Shown: one piece after another, positions 50,312-61,139 of the stretch
Position numbering within the stretch: position 1 is the first letter of the stretch
How the letters are laid out: every line of letters starts with the position of its first letter
NCBI RefSeq assembly: GCF_018977255.1
Contig: NW_024704742.1
Coordinates: forward strand, 111,416,001-111,480,000
Direction: 5' to 3'
DNA length: 64,000 nt
Source of the DNA: Callorhinchus milii
Taxonomy: Eukaryota
The notes under the pieces: generated by a model
Seen by the model: the letters and a program-made list of their open reading frames with translations, nothing else
Database searches by the model: none
What the model was told of the DNA's origin: nothing
Translations under genes and position numbers: made by a program

Positions 50312-50875
50312 AGAACCTTAGAATTATACAGCACAGAAGGAGACTATTCGGACCATCGTGTCTGTGTCGGCTCTTTGAAAAGAGCTATCCAAATCAATCC
50401 CACTCCCCCGCGCGCTCCCCATAGCCCTGCAAACTTGTCCTCCACAAATAATTATCTACTTCTCTCTTAAAAGTTGTTATCGAATTGGCTTCCACCAAGC
50501 TTTCAGGCAATGCATTCCAGATTCGAACAACACGCTGTGTNAAAAAAAATTCTCCTCTTTTTTTTAACAACTATTTTAAATCGGTGTCCTCAAGTTACCT
50601 ACCCACTCGCCAATGTAAATAGTTTCTCCTTGATCACCCTATCGAATCCCTTCATAATTTTGAAAACTACTATTGAGTCTACTCTTAACCTTCTGTGCTC
50701 CATGGAGAATAATCCTAGCTTCTCTAGCCTCTCCTCATAACTGAAATCCCTCATTCCTGGTACAATCCTGGTAAATCTCCTCTCCAATGCCTTGAGATCC
50801 TTCCTAAAATGTGGTGCCCAGAACTGAACACAGTACTCTAGCTGAGGCCTCACCAGTGTTTTATTAAGGTTCATC
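50312..50875 (-). mobile_element. CR1 LINE 3' fragment
   Basis: ORF KTLVRPQLEYCVQFWAPHFRKD...YEERLEKLGLFS...VFKIMKGFDRV; CR1 3' terminus at ~50312. Confidence 0.93.
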
Positions 50876-52498
50876 AGAAGTTTCAGGAGAGTAGGTATTT
50901 CTGGAATAATGATCCACAGTGTTTCTCAGATAAATTAGGTCTGTAGCTGTTTCCAGTACACACACAAAAGAAGGATTGGGGCTATTGTTGAAGAAACTTC
51001 AGGAGAGCAGACATTACTGGAATAATGATCCACAGGGACAGCCTCTGAATGAAACAGCAAATCAACCACACTGGCACTCAAAATGGCCCTCACAATGCTG
51101 CATTTCACAGACGTCTTGCCAAAGCACTGAATGGCAACTCCTCTGAGATGCACAGAGGAGATGCTGTTTGTGGACTGAGGCAATCCAAGGATGAGAGAGG
51201 CAACTTACTCACCTAAATAGACTGAGCCCATTGCTATCATCCATTGCTAAGCAGTCATTTAACTGCTTCTGGTGGAAGCCACAAAATAAAGCTTCGGGAA
51301 CAGAGCCAGTGCCTTAAAACTTTGGATGCTCTCTGGCTCAAAGTGTAGGATGAAGATATTGAGAGACAACCCAGTTCTTGTCTATCAGGTAATCTAGCCT
51401 CATAACACAGTCTTTGAAGAGGTGACTCTCTGGGGGATGCTTATAAAGTTATGATAATATCCTTTGATTTGTAATATGACCTGATTGGTTTTGACAATTG
51501 GCCAAGGTTATGTTAGTTGTTTGTGGTCCGCTTCTTCATTCCCCTTTTTATCCTTAGCAGTGTTTTCCTTGCTTGGCTCAACAATACTGTATGAGGCACT
51601 GAATGTGACGAAGAGATGGATGTGGAAGAATCACACATGCTTATCCTGAGGCCTGGCTGACTACCTCTAGTACTTGACAAAACAAATATATCCTGTGAAG
51701 CATTTTGAGACGTCCTCCCAACGTGAAATGTGCTTGATCCAATATAAGGATTATTATTGTTATAAATCAGCATCTTGGCACAAGTCAAGTCTTGCTGTTA
51801 CTGGCAGGTGTTAAATTTGATCCAAAGAAAGCATTGATTTCAATGTGTTACTGATAAAGGGTCAACTACACTTGTGTTCTTAATTTGCACCTACAAATGA
51901 CACAACTTTGTTTTAAATCTGCACTTCAATAATGTTAAAATAATGTTAAAAATGTTAAATAATGGAAGCGCAGCACACAAATTTACTTATATCTAAACAG
52001 ATTATTATGTCAGTCCCAACATTTACCTAATTCGCTTCTGTGGTTTTTGTGCTAATGGGATAAAAATTGTGAAGTATAATGCCACATCTTTTATGTTTGT
52101 GGGCATGCTGGGCTGTGGGTGTATCCCCCAATTTGGCATGATTGTTAAGTCCAAATACACCATTGGACTTGCCAGTTGTGTGACATGGCATTTGAGTGTG
52201 GTTCTCGGGTACGGTGTCACCTCAATAAAACAATCTAAATCAGATTGGTATCCTGAGAACCAACACTTAAATACTGTGCTACACAGCTGGCAACTCCAGT
52301 GAAGGTTTAGACCCAACCACTGTCAGGAAGAGTCACACACCAAGGCTCGTAATTATCACTTCACATGATTGCAATTTTTGAAATGTCATAATTATCACCC
52401 GTGATAATTATCACATCACATGTCGTACGTTTCAGCCTACCATTGTTAATGCAAGCAACTCTAATTGTATTGCTACACTGCCTTACTGTAGTCTATTA

Positions 52499-52857
52499 CA
52501 GGGGCTCCCAAACTGGGGTCTGTGGTCTTCTGGGGGTGGAGGGGAGGTCGAGATTGCACAGATGCAATTGTATTTTGACTCACGATTATGGTTAGTAAAT
52601 ATAAGACATTGAAGAAAGTAATAAAGTATTCAACTATGGATAATCTGAAATTTACAAATATTTTAAAGAAAACCCAACAGGAAGTGTATTTACCTTCTGC
52701 TTCAAAGGTCTAGGCACTGAGTAACTTATTTTTCAAAGTACTTTGAGGTACTTTTAGCTAATTTATCAATATCTCACTATTAAGGGGAATACCACACCTG
52801 TGCATCACTGTGCCTAGAAAGGTTTCACAGGAGTAAATCATTGATTTGAAAACAGTG
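52499..52857. mobile_element. Possible hAT (Charlie-type) non-autonomous relic
   Basis: Left end CAGGGGCTCCCAAACTGGGGTC is typical of Charlie-like TIRs; right end TTTGAAAACAGTG is only a weak match. Confidence 0.4.
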
Positions 52858-53227
52858 TAGATTACTTTTGATTTGGACAACTAAAATTTATGTGAAATAT
52901 CACCATAGTGGCGGTGACAGCAATAGCAGCCTTTATAGTATAAGGTAGATTTTGCATTTGTATGTGGAAGGAGGGGACTTCATGAAGTCAATAGAACCAT
53001 ACTTATGTTCTTGAAATGGAAAAGGGTAAAATAAATTGTGAAATGTTTTTGGAATAAAAACACAGAAGAGCAAAGCTGACAGAGAGAAAATGTCAATTAG
53101 ACCTCCAAAGACAAACTTCACGACAGATGGGAGCTAAACTTCTCTTTGGACTGTTAGATCATCTAAGGTCAGCTTCAGTGTTACTCACTGAGAAACAATC
53201 ATTTCTGAATCCCCTGGAGTTTACAAG

Positions 53228-54045
53228 GGGGCAGCTTGGTTCAGTTGGTAACTCTCTCACCTCTGGATCAGAAAGTTGTAGGTTCACATTACATGTTGGG
53301 ACTTGGAACTCAATGTCTAGGTTAACACTCCAGTGCTGGGGACTGTTGATTGTCAAAGATATCGCCGTTCAAATGAAATGTTAAACCGAGGTCCCCTTTG
53401 TTTGTTCAGGTGAATGTTGAAGAATCCATGACACTATTTATAAAGATAATAGTCCTTTCATTTGATATAGCGTCTTATCATATCTTCGAGAATATACTGT
53501 AAAGTGAATTGACTGTATATTTTGTGGGTGAAATGCAGCAGCCAATTGTGCACAGCAGTGTCCCACAAACAGCCTTGGATTGAGTGACCAAATTTATTAT
53601 GATTCCTTTTTTTGAAGGGAATATTCCCCCCAGAAAAGCGATCTGCCAATCGACTAAAAACAGGTTCCTACTTACTGCTAGGTAAACAGAGGTGTATGGA
53701 TTAAGGAAACTCGCCTACGGTTTTACCCTCCACCCCCCACTTCCCCTGGGAATCGAACCCAGGTCCTCACACTTGCTAGACAAGTAGTCTAACCAATACT
53801 CTATAGGACTCCACAGGACTCTATTTGAAAAAAGAAGGGAGTTTTTCCTGGTGTTCCCAATAATCTCCCAATAATCCTCTGATTAAATTGGTCATTCAAT
53901 CATTAGCTATTTGTGGGCCACAAATTGTATATTGTGATGTCCTACAAATATGCACTCACTATACTTTGCAGGAAAATTCTGTGAAATGCTTTGAGATGTT
54001 TTGGCATGATAACCATGCTATAGCAAATGCAATGATTAATATTAT
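53228..54045 (+). mobile_element. SINE family B split by an antisense family A SINE
   Basis: Head CAGCTTGGTTCAGTTGGTAACTCTCTCACCTCTG; the Deu domain continues on both sides of 53445-53812. Confidence 0.82.
53445..53812 (-). mobile_element. SINE family A, full length
   Basis: GGAGTCCTATAG head, core and tail all present on the minus strand. Confidence 0.9.
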
Positions 54046-55832
54046 ATTTTATAGTTTACTGTGGATACATCAAGCATCATTTGGAAGAATAGTAACAGAT
54101 TCCTACTTTTCATATATAACAAGGAAGTATTAGTAAATCTTATTTTTTGTATATAACAAGAGCATCAAATAATGTTTGATTTGTGAATCTCTTTTTCAGG
54201 TTTGAACCACTTGTTGCTAAACATACTTGTTAAAAGAAAGTCTAAAATATTTGGCTGTATTATTTGAAGAGCTTTCAGTGGTTCACAATTGCTAATCCTT
54301 CACTGAGGGTATCACCATGTTTTTCGCAGCCAACATGAATGTCAGCCTTCATACTAAGCTGCTTTAGCCAGGTATAATGCACTCAAAATTGCCTACATGG
54401 TACCTATTACCCAAACAAGATAATCTGGACTCATTTTAAAGGCTGTTTTGCAATTCAGATGACTTATATACTGCTCATTCTTTCTACTGTAATCATCTAA
54501 GCCTTTTGGTAAGGTTATTGTCAGGTATCTATTATTCTCCATGTACCTAGTTATGACTCATCAATTCAGTACATGACAAAAATCAATGCAAAGAAATGTT
54601 GCATACACATTCTATTTTTCTTTCCATAAACCACTGAATTATTGCAATCTGCATTGTATATTGGTCTATATAAATTCTAGACTTCACTGACTCAACTTTA
54701 CTATTGTTGTTAAAATTATTATATGTTTATATGTTCCAGATACTAAATTTCCTTCCCCATTGTTTTGTATGGCAGCTTCAAAATAGGTTGCATTGCCCTT
54801 TAAAACAAAAGCTTTCCAACGTATGCAGAAGAGAGGACATCAAAATATTATACTCACCAGCACTTCTTAGTTCCACATGTATATTATTTGCTGCAGTGTG
54901 CAAGAATCATAATTGTTCGTATAAGGCCAGAAAATGTATCATTTTGCAACAGTTGCAGAAAAACCTGTCACAACCTTGTAACTCCAGAGACCCAAATATT
55001 CTCAGGGTCTTAAATTGTAAGGTTATGCAGAAATCTAGAAAATAGTCATGTGTGTGTAATCGGTTATTTTATACCTTAAGAGAAATTCAAGACCTAACAA
55101 GAATTTTTGAAAATCATAATTTTAAGATCGGAACCATTTTGGGATCTCAATTGCTTTTGCCAACTCATGGCATCAAGAAGAACCAACAGGAAATACGATT
55201 TGACCTCTAATAAAGATAGGGGTTTAAATAAATTTAGTTCTTCTCATCTAGATCTATACCAAACTGTGCTTATAAACAACAGGTACCTGCTAATGCAATA
55301 CTGTCCTAGATATACATCTTTGTGGAATGATGCCCAATAGATACACAGCTTGAGGGGATAAATTTGACACTAATGCATGACAGTGTATTGAATAAGCACG
55401 TGTCCATGTGGAGCTTCTTTACAATTGAAAGAATTAATCTCTTTATATTCTGAGAAGTCTGAGTCACTGGATATATGCCAAGACAGACACAAATACTTAT
55501 TAAGAAATGACTACAACAACAACAAAATGACTAATATAAAATACACAGATGACGCAGGTGAAACATTTTACAAATAATTGCAATAAAAAGATTCCAATTG
55601 AAGCCAATAATAATGGACTGGGTAACTTCATTTCATGCAGGAGGGAGATCTCAAATGATCATGGAAAAGACCTTGGGGAGCTCAATGCGAAGTCCTTAAT
55701 TTAATTTGTGGTCCTAAATCTCCATCAGAGCTGTGGCCCGTTAATATTGTGTTCAGAGCTCAGAGTTCACGGTCAGTCCATAGTGAAAGGTAATGTTAAC
55801 TCTGCAGACAGAAACTGCCTCAATGATGTACT

Positions 55833-55930
55833 TGGGAACACTCAGCAGGTCAGATGCTGCCTGACCTGCTGAGTGTTCCCAGCGACTTCTGTTTATGTTT
55901 TCAGATTTCCAGCATCTGCAGTATTTATTT
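55833..55930 (+). mobile_element. Penelope-like pLTR end with a 21-bp perfect inverted repeat
   Basis: TGGGAACACTCAGCAGGTCAG, 7-nt loop, CTGACCTGCTGAGTGTTCCCA, then CTTCTGTTTATGTTTTCAGATTTCCAGCATCTGCAGTATTT. Confidence 0.8.
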
Positions 55931-55988
55931 GTCTTTGGGGGTCTCAGTGGTATTGATTAGTTGCAGTCAGGAAATCATGATGCCAAGA

Positions 55989-56305
55989 TATAATAATAAT
56001 AATCCATGCATTTGATAAAGCGCTTTTCACGTCTTCTAGACGTCCCAAAACGCTTCACAGAATATACTGTAAAGTGAATTGACTGTATATTTGTGGGCAA
56101 ACGCGGCAGCCAATTGCGCACAGCAATGTCCCACAAACAGTCGTAGATTGAAAATGACCAATTTATTATTGTTTTGTTTTTTTGGAGGGATTATTATTAG
56201 GCGTGTGGAGTAAGGAAACTTGCCCAAAGTTTCGCCCTGCCTGGAATTGAACTCAGGTCTCTCGCTTGGAAAGCGAGTGCTCTAACCACTGAGCTACAGG
56301 ACTCC
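55989..56305 (-). mobile_element. SINE family A, short form lacking the central core
   Basis: Well-preserved tRNA-like head; junction CCACACGCC|TAATAATAATCCC. Confidence 0.9.
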
Positions 56306-57029
56306 ACACCCATATACCTGCACCCCTGTCTTTCATTGTTTATGGCTAGAGAGAAGAAGTACTGCTTTAGAGAACTCTTCAATTAAATCCCAATAACATT
56401 GAACTGACAATACTACAGGCAGGAGAAAAAAGACTGAATTCACTGTTGAATTGAAATGGTCACATTTTTCCAGCAAATTAAATATTTGGGAATAGTGGTA
56501 GAAAATAATGAAAAATTAAGAAAATCCTAGAAAAAGAGAGTTAACAAATTAAGTGTTTTTTTTATATTAGCCACCTCACAGTCCTGTATGTCAAATGTAG
56601 CATTGTCAAACCTTCCCTCCTCTATTTTCCCATCCTATCCTATGTTGGTTTCTTATCTTACTCTAGTTATTGGAATTTCACACTTCTCAGCCCTGTCAGC
56701 TCTACCCTTGTTTCGCTTATGAATAGCTAATTAAGAGCCAATTAGCTACCTTTTTTGCATGTAAGAGAGTGATTTTTATTAACATCTTCACAACGTCCTT
56801 TTTTCTTGCCCCACATGTTTTAAAGGAGCTCACTGAGCCACTGATTGAGTTTTGCTTAACAGTTACATCTGTAATGTTGGTGCAAATATGTGACCTGTCC
56901 TTTCTGCTGTGGTATTCTTGTTCCCATCTTCCAATATTTTCTGCTTTCATTTCAGATTTTCAGCAAATTTCATTTATTTTTGGGTTCTAATTTACAGTAT
57001 TCTTTTAATAAGGAATCTGAATCAGACCC

Positions 57030-57064
57030 GTTCTGGTGAAGGGTTCTGGACTCGAAACGTTGAC
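57030..57064 (+). ncRNA. Decayed minimal hammerhead ribozyme motif
   Basis: GTT CTGGTGA A GGGTT-CTG-GACTC GAAAC GTT GAC; core A6 is mutated. Confidence 0.55.
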
Positions 57065-57110
57065 TCACTTTCCTTTCTCCATAAGATGCTGCCTGACTTG
57101 CTGAGTGTTC

Positions 57111-57877
57111 ATACGGTTCTCACCTCCTCCACCTACCCGACCTCCCCCTAAAACTCTCCGAACCCGTACGCAACCTAGGTGTCAGGTTCGACCCCCAATT
57201 ATCTTTCATCCCTCACGTCCGGTCCCTCACCAGCACCACTTTCTTCCACCTTCAACCCATCGCCCGTCTCCGCCAATACCTTACTCCAAAAGCCGCTGAA
57301 ACCCTGGTCGATGCCTTTGTTACCTCTCGGCTGGACTATTCAAATGCCCTCCTCGCCAGTCTCCCTTTACTGCCATCCATAAAATCCAGGTCATACAAAA
57401 CTCTACCGCCCGCATTCTTACCTGCACTAAACTCCACTCCCCAATTATCCCAGTCCTTGCCAGACTGCACTGGCAGCCTATCCCAGAGAGGATCGACTTC
57501 TTGTCTTCAAATCCCTCCACTCCTTTGCAAACCCCTACCGCGCTGACCTCTTCTCTCCTCGCAACAATGCCCGTTGCCTTCGTTCCTCCGGATCTGGCCT
57601 CCTCCTTGTCCCCTGAGTCCTCCGCTCCACCCTCGGCGGCCGTGTCTTCAGCCACTATGCCCCGAGGCTCTGGAACTCCCTTCCTCACTCCCTTTGCCTC
57701 GCCCCCTCCCTTCCTATTTTCAGGTCTCGGCCGAAGACCTTTCTTTTCGACCGTGCCTTTGGTCACCTTCCTCCCCCTTCCCCCTGGCTCGACCCCGAGA
57801 TCCGTTACTGTGAAGCGCTCTGAGATGCAGTTCAGTGTGGAGGGCGCTATATAAATCCAAGTTGTTGTTGTTGTTGT
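57111..57877 (+). mobile_element. L2 LINE 3' fragment (second family)
   Basis: Homologous to 13535-14028 and 19690-20230; tail GGCGCTATATAAATCCAAGTTGTTGTT. Confidence 0.92.
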
Positions 57878-58172
57878 TCCCAGCGACTTCTGTTTTTGCT
57901 TTCAAATTTACAGCAAATGCAGTACTTTGTGCTTTGTTTTATACCGTAAAGTGAATTGACTGTATATTTTGTGGGTGAAACGTGGCAGCCAATTGTGCAC
58001 AGCAATGTGCACAAACAGTTTTTTTGATACCTCCATTATTTAAAGTTCTCTCATTCCACACATTTCCTGGTTAATGTGTAATGTGATCCATATCTGAATT
58101 CTACTGAAATAAAACAGTAAGCTGTCTCTTAAATTAATCCTGTGTCTCCCCTCCTGGTAATTTGTTGGTTAC

Positions 58173-58328
58173 CTCTGCATAAAGAAATACTTTAAACAAT
58201 GCTTTCTGTTTCTCTGTACAAATAAATACTTTAAACAATGCTTTATGTTTCTCTGTATAAAGAAATACTTTAAACAATGCTTTATGTTTCTCTGTATAAA
58301 GAAATACTTTAAACAATGCTTTCTGTTT
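58173..58328. repeat. Tandem repeat, 4 x 39 bp
   Basis: Unit CTCTGTATAAAGAAATACTTTAAACAATGCTTT(A/C)TGTTT; copies nearly identical; no spacers. Confidence 0.95.
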
Positions 58329-58718
58329 TGCCACTTCAACTCTCCCTCCCACTCGCACTCTGACCTCTCCATCCATGGTCTCCTACACGTTTCCAATGAA
58401 CCACAGCGCAATTTCCCCCACCGCCCCCTTTGTTTTGCATTACTAACACCTCTTTCCCCCTGTTTTGTTGCAACCCCCCCACTTTGTTTTGCATCATTAA
58501 CACCTCTTTAACCCACCATCCCCTGTCCTCTACCCCATTTTCTCCTTTGTCTTCCTTGCCCTGCCTCGCCACTCTCTGCTAGTCATTAAACGCCTGTGCC
58601 TCCCAACATGCCCCAGTTCTGACGAAGGATCATGGACCCGAAAAGTTGACTCACTTTACTTTCTCCTTATATGCTTCCTGACATGCTGAGTGTTCCCAGC
58701 TACTTCTGTTTTTGTTTC
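58329..58718 (+). mobile_element. Penelope-like retroelement 3' end (GIY-YIG C-terminal remnant plus pLTR)
   Basis: CHFNSPSHSHSDLSIHGLLHVSNEPQR resembles the end of the Penelope GIY-YIG domain; followed by the hammerhead motif and pLTR end. Confidence 0.82.
58615..58651 (+). ncRNA. Minimal type I hammerhead ribozyme motif (slightly decayed)
   Basis: AGTT CTGACGA A GGATC-ATG-GACCC GAAA A GTT GACT: both core boxes intact, helix I AGTT/GACT, one mismatch in helix II. Confidence 0.7.
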
Positions 58719-59249
58719 TGTTTCTCTTGTAGATCTTGAAATCCTTTTTTATTTGATTTTTATTGTCCCGCATTATCAATTATTATCAATTTTAGTTCCT
58801 CCGTCTATGCGTACCTGAAGCAAACAAACACTGAGATTTCTCCACTTTGTCTCTTTGTTCCTCTCTATGCATAAGTTTAAGTGTCTGAATTTCATGTTCG
58901 TTTCTTGGATATTTCTCATTTTTACATTTCAGGGTACAGTAACCTTTAAAATGTCCTGAGCAGCAGGTGGAAGAATCTTGTAGTTAGCATATAAAAAGTA
59001 CAGTATTGTGTTATGGCGCTTAATTTATACCCTCATTTGTTTTGGTGCGTGAGTGGGGGAATTTATTGTTGGGGTTTATAAACAATGTCAAGCATGAATT
59101 TCCACTTTGGCAATTCATGAAGATTTTGTCGTTGGAGCATCTGCAAAGCATAACATAGTGTATATACAACTGCAAAAAGTAGCTTCAATGTGTGGATTCC
59201 TTGGAAGGTCACCTATCCTACAAGGCAGCTATTGAGAAGATCTCAATTT

Positions 59250-59490
59250 ACCTCCAGTACCCTACCCTTTGGAACTCCATCCCACATTCCCTTCACCTCG
59301 CTCCCTTCCTTGCCTTCTTCAAGGCATGCCTCAAGACCCTTCTCTTTGACCACGCCTACGGTCACCCTCCTACCCTCCCTGCCTTACCTGATCCCAACCC
59401 CTTCCTGCTCGGGTCCAAATCTCTGACTGTCCAGCACCTTGGGATGTCCTCCCGACATGAAAGGTGCCATACAAATTTAATTTTGTATTG
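59250..59490 (+). mobile_element. L2 3' end
   Basis: PTLWNSIPHSLHLAPFLAFFKACLKTLLFDHA. Confidence 0.9.
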
Positions 59491-59569
59491 TATTGCAATG
59501 TGGGATGTTTGAAGACATTCTTGTCAAACATAATTAATTTAAGACTGTCAAAGAATTCCATCTTCTCTC

Positions 59570-59925
59570 AGAATTCAGCGACAAATAATTCTTATCAGTT
59601 TTATTACAAATGCAGCAGCCAATTTAATGCAATGTCTACAAGCAGTCATGAAATGAATGATCAATTTTATCTGGAGGATTATTGTCAAGGACACTGGAAG
59701 AAGCTTCTTTCTCTTTTTGTAAAGTGCTAAGGGATCTTTATCTTCCCTCTGAACTGGTAAACAGGACCTTGATTTTAACATCTCATCCAAAGGACAACAC
59801 TCTGACAAGAACAACAACATTACATAATGCCAAACTTCCTCAGCTCAAAGTTCTGATATGGAACTTCAGTCCACAACTTTCTGACTCAGAGGTGAGAGTG
59901 CTACCAACTGAGCCAAATTGATATC
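59570..59925 (-). mobile_element. SINE family B
   Basis: Head TTTGGCTCAGTTGGTAGCACTCTCACCTCTGAGTCAGAAAG on the minus strand; Deu domain. Confidence 0.82.
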
Positions 59926-60046
59926 TGTACAATGAATGTAACCTCCCACTACCTTTCTTCCCATTTGACCAACCACTTCACCAAATGAGGACAATTGGAT
60001 TGGACAGGTGGGAAACCTATCCCTCAACTTGTCTCATATAACTACA

Positions 60047-60256
60047 ACAAAACACAAAATACTGCAGATGCTGGAATCTGAAACAAAAACAGAGAGAGCT
60101 GGGAAAACTCAGCAGGTCAGGCAGCATCTATAGAGAAAGGAAAATGAGTCAACATCTGACGAAGGGTCATGGACCCAAAATGTTGACTCATTTTCCTTTC
60201 TCTATAGATGCTGCCTGACCTGCTGAGTTTTCCCAGCTCTCTCTGTTTTTGTTTCA
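60047..60256. mobile_element. Short Penelope-derived insertion: inverted pLTR pair with a hammerhead-core loop and 13-bp TSD
   Basis: Perfect 77-bp inverted repeat (60079-60155 and 60180-60256); TSD TCATATAACTACA at 60034-60046 and 60254-60266. Confidence 0.9.
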
Positions 60257-60349
60257 TATAACTACAGTTGGTTTCAGGGCTTTTATCCCTTCTTCATCAT
60301 TAGAAGCTTGCTCGTTTCCCACAAAGATGAAAACTTGGGAGTATAAGAA

Positions 60350-60645
60350 CAATAATAATCTTTGCCTTTGTTATAGCTTCTTGTCATGTCCTTGAGACAT
60401 CTTAAAAGTCTTCACAGGATTTTATTTTGAAGTGTGTATTTGTAGGCAAATATGGCAGCCAATTTGCAAGCAGCAATGTCCCACAAATAGTCGTTAAGTG
60501 AATGATCAATTCTATCTGGAGATTATTAGCCATGAGAAACTTTCCTTCTCTTTTTGCGGAGTGCCATGGAATGTTTAACATTTAATATAGGCAGATGAAA
60601 CCTTAGCTTAATATTTCATCTGAAGGATGGCAACTCTGACAAAGC
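60350..60645 (-). mobile_element. SINE family B without head
   Basis: GGCAGCCAATTTGCAAGCAGCAATGTCCCACAAATAG...GTGCCATGGAATGTTTAAC. Confidence 0.8.
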
Positions 60646-61139
60646 AGGGTGGATAATCAAACCCATGTCCCGCTATTCCCTTTGTTAGCATTCCAAGCTG
60701 CTGTCCTGTCATACACCCAGTCAGGTGAAACTACTGGGAAGTAAGAACAGGAAATGAATTATTCTGCACTGCTCTTCTCTACCTACCAACAGCTGGTTAT
60801 AGAGTGAAACCTTCAGGCTGGCTTTCAATGCCAGGGGTTGGTGTGTGAATATACAGGAAAGACTAAATGACTAAAATCTTCATGGCTGAGAAGTATATAA
60901 TTTCCTTTTGGAAAAATGTTGAATCCAGCTCAGTTAACTCTGCTCTTTTTAGAAACTATTCTGGCATAGTATTCTGTATCACTGCTTCTAAACTTCATTT
61001 TTAATATTAAAGTTTATAAAGAGCTGTGGCACGTAATTGTTCACTCCTCACTGAAACAAATTTAAGATCCAGTACTGTGTTCAGATCAGAGTAAAAGGAC
61101 CATAGTACAGAATTGTCCTAGACTTTGATGTCTAATCTT

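Larger units (their letters stand above)
57025..57935 (+). mobile_element. Penelope-like pLTR (57025-57110 and 57878-57935) split by an L2 insertion
   Basis: GATGCTGCCTGACTTGCTGAGTGTTC | L2 | CCAGCGACTTCTGTTTTTGCTTTCAAATTTACAGC. Confidence 0.82.

Noticed and set aside
50541..50541. Ambiguous base n
   Set aside because: Assembly uncertainty next to a homopolymer within a CR1 fragment
50882..51040. ~38-bp direct repeat TTCAGGAGAG...CTGGAATAATGATCCACAG, twice, ~117 bp apart
   Set aside because: Only two degenerate copies; most simply an old local duplication
56233..56305. Near-complete tRNA cloverleaf on the minus strand (also at 38215-38287)
   Set aside because: It is the head of SINE family A, runs straight into SINE body sequence, and the anticodon loop differs between copies
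58173..58328. Regular 39-bp repeats as a CRISPR array
   Set aside because: Units are contiguous with no unique spacers; eukaryotic context with no cas genes
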